Assembly: GCA_026770705.1 (NCBI GenBank) | Contig: JANJGN010000025.1 | Location: 41,788,001 to 41,852,000, forward strand | Reading direction: 5' to 3' | DNA: 64,000 bases | Source: Isurus oxyrinchus | Lineage: Eukaryota | Shown here: one piece after another, positions 23,756-36,560 of the stretch | Layout of the letters: each line of letters starts with the position of its first letter | How positions within the stretch are numbered: the stretch's first letter is position 1 | The notes under the pieces: model-generated | Seen by the model: only the letters and a program-made list of their open reading frames with translations | What the model was told of the DNA's origin: nothing | The model's database searches: none | Program-made: the position numbers and the translations under genes

Positions 23756-26545
23756 ATGAGTAACAATGGTAAAAAGTCAAAGCTTAAGGCTCTTTATCTG
23801 AATGCACACAGCATTTGTAACAAAATTGATGAGTTGACGGCACAAATAGAAATAAATGGACATGACTTGATAGCCATTATAGAGATGTGGTTGCAGGGTG
23901 ACTAAGACTGGGAACTCAATATTCTAGGGTATTTGACCTTCTGGAAAAATAGGCAAAAAGGAAAAGGAGGTGGGGTAGCTTTGTTAATAAAGGAAGGTGT
24001 CAGTGCAGTGGTGAGTATTGATATAGGTGTAATAGATCGTGATGTGGAATCAGTTTGGGTGGAAATAAGGAATAGTGAGGGGAAGAAGTCATAGGTGGGA
24101 GTAGTCTACAGGCTCCCGAAGAGTTGCCTCACTGTAGGATAAAGTATAAATTGGGAAATAATGGAGGTGTGTAAGAAGGGCCCTACAATTGTCATGGCAG
24201 ATTTTAACCTGCATATTGACTGGACAAATCAAATTGGCTGGGGTAACATGGAAAACGAATCTGTATTGTGCATCAGGGATTGTTTCTTAGAGCAATATGT
24301 TGCAGAACCAACCTGGGGACAGGCTATTTTAGATCTAGTAATGTGTAATGAGGTGGGGTTAATAAGAGATCTTGTAGTTAAGGATCCCCTAGGGGGTAGC
24401 GATCACAACATTCTAGAACTTCAAATTCAGTTTGAGGGTGAGCAACTCCAATCTCAAACCAGTGTCCTCAACTTAAATAAGGGCAATTACAGAGGTATGA
24501 AGAAAGGGTTGTCTAAAGGGAAAATAGACTAAAGGGAAGGTCAGTGGATGAGCAGTGACAGACATTTAAGTAGATATTTCGTAACGCTCAGCAAAACTTT
24601 ATCCTGGTCAAAAAGAAGGACTCAATGAGAAGGATGAACCACCCATGGTTAACAAAGGTGGTCAAGGAAAGTATCCAATCAAAAACGAAGGCATACAAAA
24701 TGGCAAAATCTAGTGGTAGGCCAGAGGATTGGGAATTTTTTTTAAGAGCAAGCAGCGGATGAGTAAAAAGCTAATAAGGAGGGAGAAAATTGATTATGAA
24801 ATTAAATTGGCAAGAAATATAAAAACAAACAGCAACAGATTCTACGGATATATTAAAAAAAAGAGTAGCTAAAGTGAGCATGGGACCCTTGGAGGATGTG
24901 ACTTAAGAACTGATAACATGAAACAGGGAAATGGCAATAACTTAAACCAATATTTTGTGTTGGCCTTCACGGTGGAGGACACCATAAGCATTCCAAAGAT
25001 ATCAGATAAGCAAAGAGCTAATGGGAAGAAAGATCTTTTAATAGTCTCATCACGAGGGACAAAATATTTGAGAAACTAATGGGACTAAAGGCAGGCAAGT
25101 CACCAGCACCTGATGGCCTGCATCTAAAGCTTTTAAAGGAAGTAGCTGCAGATGTAGTGGAGGCACTGGTCGAAATGTTCAGAACTCATTGAATTCCGGC
25201 AGGGTCCCAGCAGATTGGAAAACTGCTAATGTGACGCGCCTGTTCAAGAAAGGAGGGAGACAAAAAGCAGGAAACTATAGGCTAGTCAGCCTAACATCTG
25301 TTGTTGGGAAAATGCTAGAGTCCATTATTAAGGAAGAAATAGCAGGACATTTAGAAAAGCTTAACACAATCAAACAGAGTCAACGTGGTTTTGTGAAAGG
25401 GAAATCATGTTTGACAAATTTGCTAGAGCTCTTTGAGGATATAACAAGCAGAGTTGATAAAGGGGAGCTGGTAGATGTAGTGTATTTGGATTTCCAAAAG
25501 GCATTCAATAAGGTGCCACATAAAAGGTTATTGCACATGACAAGAGCTCACAGTATTGGTGATGATGTCTTAGCATGGATTGAGAATTGATTAGCTCACA
25601 GAAGACAAAGAGTCAGGATTAATGGGTCCTTTTCAGGTCGGAAAGATGTGACTAGTGGAATGCCACAAGGATCAGTCCTAGGGCCTCAATTATTCACTTT
25701 CTATATTAATGACGTGGAGGAGGGGGCAGAGTGTAATGTATCCAAATTTGCTGACCATACAAAAATAGGTGGAGGGCATGTCATGATGAGGACATAAGGA
25801 ATCTGCAAGGGGATATAGACAAGTTGAGTGAGTGGGCAAAAACTTGGCAGATGGAGTTTAATGTACAAAAGCATGAGGTCATGCATTTTGGTAGAAAAAT
25901 CAAAAGGCAGACTATTATTTAAATTGAGAGAGACTCCAAAAAGTGCAGCACAGAGGGATCCGGGTGTTCTTGTGCATGAAGCACAAAAAGTTAGCATGCA
26001 GGTGCAGCAAGTAACCAAGAGGGCAAATGGAATTTTGGCCTGTATTGCTATTTGGTTGGAGTTTAAGAATAGGGAAGTCTTGTTACAACTGTACAGGGTG
26101 TTGGTGAGGCTGCACCTGGAGTACTGTGTACAGTTTTGGTCCCCGTATTTAAGAAAGGATATACTGGCATTGGAGGCAGTTCAAAAAAGATTCACTAGGC
26201 TGATTCCTGGATGAAGGGGTCAATTTATCAAGAACTGCTAAACAGGTTAGGTCCTTATTCATTGGAGTTTAGAAGAATGAGGAGGGATCTTATTGAAACG
26301 TACGAGATTCTGAGGGGGCTTGACAGGGTAGATGTTGAGAAGATGTTTCCACTAGTGGGGGAATCTTGATCTAGAGAACATAGTTACAGAATAAGGGGGC
26401 ACTCATTTAAAACTGAGATGCGAAAGAATTTCTTCTCTCAGAGGGTATTGACTGTCTGGAATTCTCTACCTCAGAGTTGTGGAGGCTAGATCACTGAAAG
26501 TATTTAAAGAGGAGGTAGATAGATTTTTGAAATATCGGGGAGTTG
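23756..26545 (+). pseudogene. CR1 ORF2 (APE endonuclease plus reverse transcriptase)
   Basis: LKALYLNAHSI.NK, DFN, LDLV, SDHN; WKTANV..LFKKG, NYR.VSLTS, YLDFQKAF.KV, PQGSVLGP, FADHTK, LEYCVQFWSP; many stops. Confidence 0.95.
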
Positions 26546-27769
26546 GGGCCTGGGGCAGATCAGCCATAATCTTATTGAATGGCGAGGCAGGCTTGACAGA
26601 CCGAATGGCCTACCCCTGCTCCTATTTCTTATGTTATTATGTTCCTTCTTGACTTCTTCAGACACCCTTCCCCCTTCGTTCTTATTCCAGCCTTACTCCA
26701 TCCCCTCTCTGCATCCTTCCCCCCTCCAAACTCCTTCCCTTACACATTCCACCCCCCTTACACCTCCCTCCCCAGTTACCATCTTCTTCCCCATTATCCC
26801 CTCCTCACCCCATAGACCTTCCCCCCCGACCCAGCCTTCCCCTGACATCGTCATTCCCCTCCTCACCCCCTGACAGCTTTGCTCCCCCCCACAACCTCAC
26901 CCTTCCTTGACACCTCTTCCTCTCCAAGCAGATCCTTGACCTTCCTCTCCCACCCTCTCAACCATCATCCATTGCGAGCAGACACTCAGTGGTGGCTTTC
27001 CAATTCCCACGAGCTGCTTCGCAGCAGAGCCATGTCTATGAGAAACCACCCAGCATGCCATGGACATTCCTCCAGGGTCCGGCTGCCGTCGGGCTCCAGC
27101 ATCTTCTGCTCCTTGGATGACTGCAATGTGAGCAAGGTCCTGACGGTAAATCCCGACTTCTGCACATCACACTTATCAAGACATGTTCTGCACCGGCGTG
27201 CAATCACACCAACGTGGACGGACGATTCAGTGTGGGGGGATGATTCCGGCGGCTGGCCTGATAATCATATGTAGATGTATTACAATGAGGTTCCTGGTGT
27301 CCAATGGCAGGAAATGCAGCCCGCCATCGACAAGCTGAGTGGACAATCACAAATTGGTTTCACAACATCATAAAACTGATTTTTGGCCTTCTCGCCATAT
27401 TGTCTGCTCCTGCCACCTAACACGCCTGACACCGGCCATTTTTCTTTTCTAAGGCAACTTCTAGAGCAATCAAATGAAATAGACCAAACTTTTCCCTTTA
27501 TTAAGTAAAAAGGCTTTACAGCTGGATTATTTTAAATTGAATTTTTCACTCCATGGGTAAGGAAATACACACACAGGCACATACACAGCTTACAGGCGAC
27601 TTTGGGAAAGTACTTCTAAAGCACCCGTAACACTTCCTCAGTTTGCAATGTCACATCCTCAATATGGTTTTTAAGATTATTTAGCTGATGGATCTGTAGT
27701 CACCAGGTCTCAATGATCATGCGTTAAAATGAAAACTGTCTGCCATAAGCTCAGAACAGCTGGACTCTA

Positions 27770-28940
27770 GTTTCCCGAGGTGAGGTGAGAGTGACTACCC
27801 TAACTTAAAGGCAGCATTTGGCCAAGTGTGGATCAAGGGGCCCTAGCAAAACTGGAGCCAATGGAAATCGGGGGGAAACTCTCCACTGGTTGGAGTCATG
27901 CTTAGCACAAAGGAAGAAGTTTGTGGTTGTTGGAGGTCAGTCATCTCAGCTCCAGGACATCACTGCAGGAGTTCCTCAGGGTAGTGTCCTCAGCGCAACC
28001 ACCTTCAGCTGCTTCATCAATGACCATCCTTCCATCATAAGGTCAGAAGTGGGGATGTTTGCTGATGATTGCACAAGGTTCATCATCTTTCGTGACTCCT
28101 CAGATACTGAAGCAGTCAATGTCCAAATGCAGCAAGACCTGGACAATATTTAGGCTTGGGTTGACAAGTGGCAAGTAACATTCGTGCCACACAAGTACCA
28201 GGCAATGATTATCTCCAACAAGAGAGGATTGAATCATCACCCCTTGACATTTAATGGCATCACCATCGTTGAATCCCTCACTATCAACATCCTGGGGGTT
28301 ACTATTGACCAGAAACTGAACTGGACTAACCATATAAATACTGTGGCTACAACAGCAGTTCAGGGGCTAGGAATCATGTGGTGAATAACTCACCTCCTGA
28401 CTCCCCAAAGTCTATCCACCATCTCCAAGGCGCAAGTCAGGAGTGTGATGCAATACTCTCCACTTGCCTGGATGAGTGCAGCTCCAACAACACTCAAGAA
28501 GCTTGACACCATCCAGGACAAAGCAGCGTGCTTGATTGGCACCCCTTCCACAAACATCCACGCCCTCCACCACTGACGAACAGTGGCAGCAGTTTGTACC
28601 ATCCACAAGATGCACTTTAGAAACTCACCAAGGCTCCTTAGGCAGCACCTTCCAAACCAATGACCACTTACATCTAGAACGACAAGGGCAGCAGACACAT
28701 GGGAACACCACCAATTTGAAGTTCCCCTCCAAGCCACTGAACATTCTGACTTGTTCCTTCACTGTCGCTGGGTCAAAATCCTGGAACTCCCTCCCTAACA
28801 GCACTGTGGGTGTACCTACACCACAGGGAATGCAACAGTTCAAGAAGATAGCTTGCTACCACCTTCTCAAGGGCAATTAGGGATGGGCAATAAAGGCTGG
28901 CCCAGCCAGCGACACCCACATCCTGTAAATGAATAAAAGA
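27770..28940 (+). mobile_element. 5'-truncated LINE of the second APE/RT family (RT to 3' tail)
   Basis: GVPQGSVL..TTFSCFIND, MFADDC, ILGVTIDQKLNW, WNSLP; tail ctcaagggcaattagggatgggcaataaa. Confidence 0.92.
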
Positions 28941-29369
28941 AAATTCCCAGTGTTCATTTGGCTCTCCCAAGTAAAACCAGTTCTTCACAGGTTTCCTCCC
29001 TTTACTTTCGAATCATCTGCCTGTAGGCACAGGTGACTGCCACTGAATCCCCAGCCACACCATCACTCCAAACCTTGAATTCTCATCTACTCCCTGAGTC
29101 AACCTCCCCACCCCCACTCAACTTATTCAGGAGACAGCAACCTTAACCATAGAAACTCCCATTGGCACTGTCATCACCAAATTCTACTGGCACTTGGACC
29201 TCAGGAAATTGATCTTAAATACGCTCCAACTTACTTTCAAATATCTCCTTATCCTTACCCCAGCTTACATCTGATTTCCTCCTGGAAAACTCTGCATCCG
29301 TCTGACATCAGTTCACTGCTGGTTCTTCAATCCCTTAGGGATGCTCTAAAAGGTGTTTCCCCAAAGTCG

Positions 29370-30308
29370 CCCATGAATAATTTGTGCGTGCGTGCATATT
29401 TTCTAACCTTGGAGTGAGAAATTCCATTTAAAATCACCCAGCAACAAAGCATTTTTACTTAGAAGGTTAGTTTATTTCACTCTATTGCTCTGAAGTTACC
29501 CCAAGAAAAGATAAAGTTACTAATACAGATACGCACACAAAGATTAGTTACAAGTGAACATAGAATGATCCTTATAAACATAAATCAAGATTAGCTCAGA
29601 TTCAGTGCAGGCCTGGTATGTTATGAAATCGAGGCATTGTGTTGTCTGAAGTGAAAGTCTTGAGGTTGTAGAGTTGGTTCCGCAGCTACAATGGCTTCCA
29701 CTGTTGAAGTGCCGGAGGTTGCTTTAACAGGTGAGCTTAGTAGGTGGAATCAGGGTTTTTCAGGATGGAGAGAAGGCCTCTTTCCTCTGCTTCTGCAGAT
29801 GTGGCACTTTCAAACTGCCTAGTTACTTACAGCAGAAGCCGTGGCTGTTTCTAGGTGCCTTTCTCTGCCTCTCCCCTTCTTCAAGGTGGTTCAAGATGGA
29901 TCTGAAACTACAGGTTGAATTTTCCGGCTATATTTTTAGTAGAGAGCCAAGATGGCCACTGAATCATGTGATTTGGACAAAATGCCAAGTCATCTTCCAA
30001 TTAAGACAAGTGGTTATTCCGTTTAGCAATTCAAAGCCTCCTTATCCCCTGCAGTATTCAAAATGGACCAAGGCTTTCACATCTTCAGAGAAAGCCATTG
30101 TCTGTTTGAGGACTCATTGAATTTAAAAAGTCTTTTCATATCTGGGTATGTCGCCTCATCATCTGCTTGGAGCCTTCTAAAAGATTGACACCTCGACAAG
30201 TCAATTGACCTGTGCCAGCCATCTTCAAGATCAACAGTATCCCTTTTAAAGAGGGCACACAGATTTTTTTTTAAATCTGTAATGTTCTCACGTATGTATG
30301 GCATGACA
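29370..30308 (-). mobile_element. Probable solo LTR, apparently inserted in a decayed L2
   Basis: Ends ...GCATGACA; minus-strand AATAAA at ~29470; C/T-rich L2-like flanks. Left boundary and TSD not resolved. Confidence 0.35.
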
Positions 30309-30494
30309 CATCTTATACCCCATCTCTCTGGGTATCCCCACCTCAGTCCCTTATAGTACCAGATCTTTTCCACTTTCAAAAGCCTCCAAAAAAAACCTGT
30401 TTTTCAACTGTGCCTTCAGCTCCATCCTCAAAATCCTTTTCCTGTTATTCTCCTCTTGCCTCCCACCCCACTGCTTTGAGGTGCTTTTCTGTAC

Positions 30495-31070
30495 AAGTTA
30501 CTGTTGCTGTAATCCATATGACTGTCATTGCCAGACTCAACTACTCCAATGCTCTCCTGGCTAGCCTCCCATCTCGCACCCTCCATAAACTTTAGCTCAT
30601 TCAAAACTTTACTGCCTGTACCCCAACCCACTCCAAATCCCATTCACCTACCACACCTGTGCTCACTGACCTACACTAGTTCCCAATCTGGCAATGCCTC
30701 CATTTTAAAATTCTCATCCTTGTTTTCAAATCCCTCAATAGCCTCACCCTTTCCTATCTTTTTAACCTTTGCAGCTGTATGAAATCGTGATACTCCTCCA
30801 ATCTTAGCCTCTTGAGCATCCTCAATTTCCTGCATCTCATTTTTAGGAGCCATGCATTCAGCTTCTGTGGTCCTAAGCATTGAAATTTCCTCCCTAAACC
30901 TCTCTCCTTCTCTACCTCTCTCTCCTTTAAAATTTATTTTTCGTTCAGGCTTTTGGTTATCTATCCAAATAATTCTTCATATGGTTCGGTATGAAACTTT
31001 TGCAGAGCACCTTGGGACCTTTTACTATGTCAAAAGGTGTTATGTACATGCACAAAGTTGTTGTTGTAGT
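30495..31070 (+). mobile_element. L2 LINE 3' fragment
   Basis: ARLNYSNALLASLPSRTLHKL..IQN, PVLTDLH, FKILILVFKSL; L2-type tail. Confidence 0.8.
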
Positions 31071-31399
31071 AGGTACCCTGTGATATAGTTCACCAGTTCT
31101 GAGAATTTTTGACCTCTTTCCCTGAAGTAGAACTAACGTGATTGTGCTGGAATAGAGATAGCACGTGCTTGACATTAGATATTGTCCATGTTCTGCCTGT
31201 TACAACCTTGGTGGGGGGAGATGGGGGGCAGTGGGGGCAAGAGATCAACAAGAGACATAAGCAACCTAAATGTAAATAAAACAGGATAAGAAAGCATAGG
31301 AAAAAATAAAGTAAGGGACGATATTGATGCCAAGGCTATAAGTAGACTTATAGAACAGGGGTCTAAAAGATGGTTAAAGGGAGAAGAAATCCAATTAAA

Positions 31400-33110
31400 A
31401 ATGAGTAAAAATTCTAGTGTGTAATGCACGCAGTGTCCGGAACAAATCAGGGGAGCTGAACCAGATATCAGAAGAATTACTGAGGCATGGCTACAGAAAA
31501 ATCGGGACCAGGAATTAAACATTGCAGAGACATTTAGATAAGGTAGAGGAGAAAAGGGGGAGATGGAATTATTATTTATTCAGAATGACAATGACAGAGG
31601 AAAGAAGGGAGGCAGTTATCAACATGACAAAAAAATGTACCATGTATGGATAGAGGTTTTAAAACATGGACCAATCACACTAATAGGTGGAGTCTATAGA
31701 TCACCTAATAACAATAGGGAGTTGGGGGAAGAACGTGCAAGTTAGAGAATTGAATAAAAAACAGAACATCAATCATGAGCGATTACAACCTCAATATTAA
31801 CTGGACAAAAGAGGTGGATAAAGAGGATAAGGAATTAAAGTTGCTACAAAGTGTACAGGATTACTTTCTAACCCAATATGTAAAAAACCCAACAAGGGAA
31901 GAGTCACTATTGGATCTCGTAGTGGGAAGTGAACTAGAGCAGATAAGAGAAGTAAAGGTAGGGGAAACTAGGCAATAGTGACCATAATATAGCACCCTTT
32001 AAGATGATGATAGAAAAAGACATAAGTATGACGAAAACCAGGTTAACAGATTGGAATCAAAAACACAATTTCTAAATTTGCAAATAACACCAAATTTGGA
32101 GGGGAGGTAGTTGGTGGTATGGTCAATACTGAAAAGGATTGTAACAAATTACAGGAGGACATTGATAAACCAGCAGAATGGGTAAATAATTGGCAAATGG
32201 AGCTCAACACAGGTAACATAAGGTCAATACATGTTGGTAGGAAAAATAGGGAGGTCACTTACTACTCGGATGGTGCAAGGCTAGGTGGAGTAGAGGGATA
32301 AAGGGATCTTAGGCCTGAATCTTCAGGTTGGCGTGCGAGAGCAGTGAGTCCCAACATCATTCCAATCTTCAGTTCAGCGGGTGCAGGCCAGAGTCGGCTG
32401 CGCGCCCACCGAATTGTCAAAGGCCTATTAAAGCCATTTAAAAACTAATTTAAATAATTAACGGAGCTGCCCATCCAACCTTAAGGTTAGCGGGCAGTCG
32501 AGAGCCTTCGCATTTATCATGAAACCTCACCCCAAGGGCAGAAGGAGGTTTCATGGAGGATTTATAAATCAAATAAGTTTATTTTATTACAATTCATTGA
32601 CAAGTACCAGCTCATATGACACTGTCACATGAGGGGACATGTCTGAATTTTTTTTTTCTCTTTGTGTAAATATTTTAAAATGAAATTAAACTCTCTGAAG
32701 CAGCTCTGTGCCTCAGGGAGATTTCTGCGCACTTTCGTGCGCATACGCAAAACAGCGCAGGCCGACTTGGCCTCCTCCCCCCTGCCGGCACAGGAAGCAC
32801 TCAGCACCTCCAGGTGCATGTCACCCTGGGCAGGCCTTAACTGGCCCGCCCACGTAAAACGGCAGCAATCGGCTGTGTGCCCGCCCACGCACACTCAGAC
32901 CATCCCCCCCCAACACCGCACCCTCCCCCCCCCACCACCCGATGAGGAGAAAATTCTCCCCTTAGAGTACAAATACGCCAAATCACTAAATGTTGCACCT
33001 CAGGTGAGCAAAGCCATAAAAAGAAAATCAAGCACCAGTTTTTATTTCCAAGTACTCGAAAGTAGGAAAATTATACTAATCCTGTATCGCGCCTTGGTCA
33101 GACCAATCCC
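31400..33110 (+). mobile_element. Decayed CR1 ORF2 pieces (EN then RT C-terminus) interrupted by a MITE
   Basis: IGGVYRSPN, DYNLNINW, PTREESLLDLV, LQEDIDK..EWVNNWQME; resumes after 32964 (LYRALVRP). Confidence 0.8.
32312..32961. mobile_element. Harbinger-type MITE with TTA target-site duplication
   Basis: TTA|GGCCTGAATCT...AAATTCTCCCC|TTA; removing it restores the CR1 sequence agggatcttagagtac. Confidence 0.85.
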
Positions 33111-33266
33111 ACAAATATTCTAGGGCAAGGGTTTTCAGACCATGAGCTGGAGGCTTTGAGCCCTGGAAATACAGCTCTCAAACCCAAAAAGGCTCAGGTC
33201 AAGTGCCGATTATAGTTCTTATTCACTTGTTTGCCCCATTTGAAATGTGTGGGTTTAGAGGCTGGA

Positions 33267-33605
33267 AGAAAAGCTTGCATTTATATAGCACTTTTCTCAA
33301 CCTCAGGACATCTCAAAGCACTTTACAGTCAATGGAGTACTTTTGAGGCGTGGTCATTTGTTGCAATGTAGGAAACACAGCAGCCAATTTATGCACAGCA
33401 AGCTCCCACAGACACCAAAGCGATAACAACCAGAACATCATCTTTTGTGAATCTGACAGAGAAATTTTATATTAGCCAGGATACTGGGGAAAAATCCCCT
33501 GCTCTTCTTCAAATAGAAGCTTTTAAATCCTTCTGAGGGGGTAAGCGGGGACTTACTTTAATCTCTTATCTGAAAGTGAGCACCTGCGACACTGCAGCAC
33601 TCCAT
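33267..33605 (-). mobile_element. Deu-domain SINE (SacSINE1/AmnSINE-like)
   Basis: Minus strand ...ttcagataagagattaaa...ctatttgaagaagagcaggggattttt...tcctggctaata resembles the Deu core as recalled; L2-like tail gctatataaatgcaag. Confidence 0.7.
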
Positions 33606-35566
33606 TTGGGGAAGGTGGTGGTGCGTCGGGTGGCAGGGTTTAATTTGTGTGTAGGGGATAAATTGAGTAGAGGGGGAGGGGAAGGGAAAGGTAAATTAAA
33701 CGGCAATTTGCTAATTCCCGTTTCACACTCTCCGCAAAGACCAACTTTACCAACACTAAGTTTTCTAACCCCTCAGGATTATCTGGGGTCTTGGGTGCCA
33801 TGTTGTGCATGAATTGCCAAATTATGAAATGAAATCCAGATGACTTGTTTTCTAAGAACTCCCACATTTAATTCCCTCATATCAATCTATATAGAGGCCC
33901 TGTAATTCCAACAATTTCTAATAATTCCTTTTACCTAGTTTTTTTCACCAGTTTTCAATCAAACTACAGTTTAAAAGAACACTATTGAAACTACGGAACT
34001 ACGGTTCTGACCTATATTCAAAAATGTGACAGAGTCTCCAGAGTAGTGATCTCACATCGTGAACAGCACGCAGCAGGCACAATAGCAGCAGTAAGTTATT
34101 AAAAGTAAATAAACATGAAAAATAAAGAGAGAGCAAGAGAGCGGCACAGAGGGCTACAATTTTGCTGCAGTTATGTACCACTGCATTGAACCGGAAGACA
34201 GGTCTGTTGTTGAGCCACTGGAGAGAGAGTTGGCAGTCAGTGCTGGGACTATATTGGCAGTCAGCAAGTTGGGTTCTAGTCACTGCGACTGCCAAACCAT
34301 CAGTTCATGGCAGCCTGCCCTTCAAATGGAGGTGATCCCAAGAGAGAGCCTGGTGACGCACAGCCATCAGTGCTGTTACAAATCATCTTTATTCAGAGAA
34401 AACTTAAATACACATTCACCCCACAGCCCCAGGCTTGGCTTAAATTCAGTCTGCGCTTGGGATTTGGAGCTATTCAAATTAGCCTAAAGCTGTTTTATCT
34501 GCACATGCAATATTTATTGTAGAACCACCTTAGAACAATCATCTTAGGGTAGAGTTAGACCAGACCTATTTGCCCTGAACTAGCTCAGTGTCCATGAGAA
34601 TGTGCAGGGAATTTAAAGCCAAATCCTCATGTCAGTGCTGAATTTTCTGTGAACTTTATCACGTAGTTTTGTATAAAGCTACAGGCGTCCAAGGCTTTAC
34701 ATTTTCTATGCATTTATCTTCCGAAAGTTCTCAGTACCACATCATGCTGGAATGCTGATTTAAATTAAAAATCTCATGGGTACTTTATTTAAACTGGTTT
34801 AGAAGCTTTATCACAGTTTTGGCTCTTTAGCAAGATTGCACGAGTTTCCTGAGGTTCAAATCTTTTCTTTACCATTTTGACATGGGCTGAAACATTCTTT
34901 GCTGGGGCCAGGTGCAACTCTCAGCACGCTGTGCAAAACAGAGTTTATTCTGTGGCAGCTCCAAATCAAATCAGCTGACTGGTGTAGAAATGGAACTCGC
35001 ACCTAAGACTCACGCTCACACATGTGAGTCGCACTGCGCTCCCAGCACCTGCATCTCACATTCACAGTTGTAATTCATTGTGAAACAGCTGTGTACAAGC
35101 ATTAATAAATCCAATAGAGATAAATAGCATAGATGCATTTAAGGAGAAGTTAGATAACCATGAGGGAGAAAAGAATAGAAGCAAATGCTAATAGTGTGAG
35201 ATATAGAAGGGCGGGAGGATGTTCATGCAGCATAAATGCCAGCACAGATCAGCTGGGTCGAATGGCCTGTTCCTGTGCAGTAAATACTTTGTATGGACTT
35301 TATTTGTAAATGCACTTCCCAGTAACCACCAGCCAGTTTCATAAGTGGAAAGGAACATAGGCATTTCCTTAGCATAAAGATTTAATTTTATTGAAGCCAG
35401 TATAAAATTATGGGCTCTATGTAAATCATAGGAACAGGGGGATGCCATTCAGCTCTGAGAGTCTGGTCCACTATCCACTTAGATCATGGCTGATTTGTAT
35501 CTTAAGACCATTACCAGCCTTGGTTCTGTCACCCTTAATATCCTTGCTTAACAAAAATCTATCAAT

Positions 35567-35669
35567 AAGTTCTGAAGGAGAGTCATATTCAACTCAAAAT
35601 TTTAAATCTGTTTCTCTCTTCATAGATGCTGCCAGACCTGCTGAGTATTTCCAACATTTTCTGTTTTTA
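35567..35669 (+). mobile_element. 103-bp stand-alone Penelope pLTR/hammerhead module with 7-bp TSD
   Basis: TATCAAT at 35560-35566 and 35670-35676 inside a minus-strand CR1 tail; insert reads agttctgaaggagagtcatattcaactcaaaa...agatgctgccagacctgctgag...ctgttttta. Confidence 0.8.
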
Positions 35670-36029
35670 TATCAATCTAACCATCCCAGTTTTGAAATTT
35701 TCAAGTTTGAGGTTAAGTGAGGTCCTGCTTTCTACAAACTTTGTGTATTTGAAATAATGTGAATAACATAAGTTTTCCTTACATCATCCCTAATTTTAAT
35801 GGCACAGTATGAGAAAATAATATTTAAAATTGGAAAAGCCACAAGTAAATGCTATTGAGCAGAAGTTTATTCTGGGATAAAAAATCTTTGTTGATAACAA
35901 TTACATTTTTTAAACTCAAATACCCTTCACTGCCAAAAGGGTTCTTGGCTAGGGTGAATGGGCTGAATGTGCTTTCAAATCAGAAACTACATCAAAAAGA
36001 ATCATTGCAGTTTTACTCTCATCACTAAG

Positions 36030-36560
36030 AAAGAAACACTTGCATTTATATAGCACCTTTCATGACTGGATGTTTCAAAGCACTCTACAGCCAATGAAGT
36101 ATATTCGAAGTGTAATGTAGGAAATGCTGCAGCCAATTTGAGCACAGTAAGCTCCCACTAATATCAATGAGATAAATGACAAGATAATCTACTTCAGCGG
36201 TGTTTGACCAAGATACAGGGACGAATTCCATCTTCTTCAAATAGTGCCATGGGATTTTTAAGTGCAAAGGGACTTAAAAGGGACAAAATTGGGACTTCAT
36301 TTTAACATTCAATTCAAAATACAGCATTCAACAATTAATTGCATTTAAATGTCATTGCTAACACAGTTACATGTCCCAAAGCACAGAGGAGCATATTTAT
36401 ACAAAATTTGACGGAGACACAAATGTCTAAAAGTTTGGTCAGAAAGGTACTGCGTGCAATGTTAGCCTGGATTACGTGCTCGAGTTTTTGGAATGGGAAT
36501 TGAACCAATGATCTGCAGATTCAGAGGCAGCAGTGCTACGCTGAGCCATGGCTGACACTA
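36030..36560 (-). mobile_element. Deu-domain SINE with tRNA-like head (interrupted)
   Basis: Same tail and core as 33267-33605; minus-strand head gtcagccatggctcagcgtagcact...ggttcaattccc carries A/B box-like motifs. Confidence 0.7.

Larger units (their letters stand above)
22310..26645 (+). mobile_element. Full-length but inactivated CR1 LINE (~4.3 kb)
   Basis: 5'UTR with repeated acagtttaaaacagcgaga, then ORF1, ORF2 and the 3' tail cctatttcttatgttattatg, in the expected order. Confidence 0.95.
19104..27437 (+). mobile_element. Decayed PIF/Harbinger DNA transposon with nested full-length CR1 and an assembly gap
   Basis: Left end AGGCAGAATT matches the MITE TIRs; a Myb/SANT-like ORF starts ~260 bp inside; a GC-rich subterminal region ends ...CCGGCC at 27437. 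Continuity across the N gap is inferred. Confidence 0.6.

Noticed and set aside
33999-34522. Overlapping ~100-aa ORFs in unique DNA
   Set aside because: No recognisable domain or convincing splice frame; length is within chance expectation for 64 kb.
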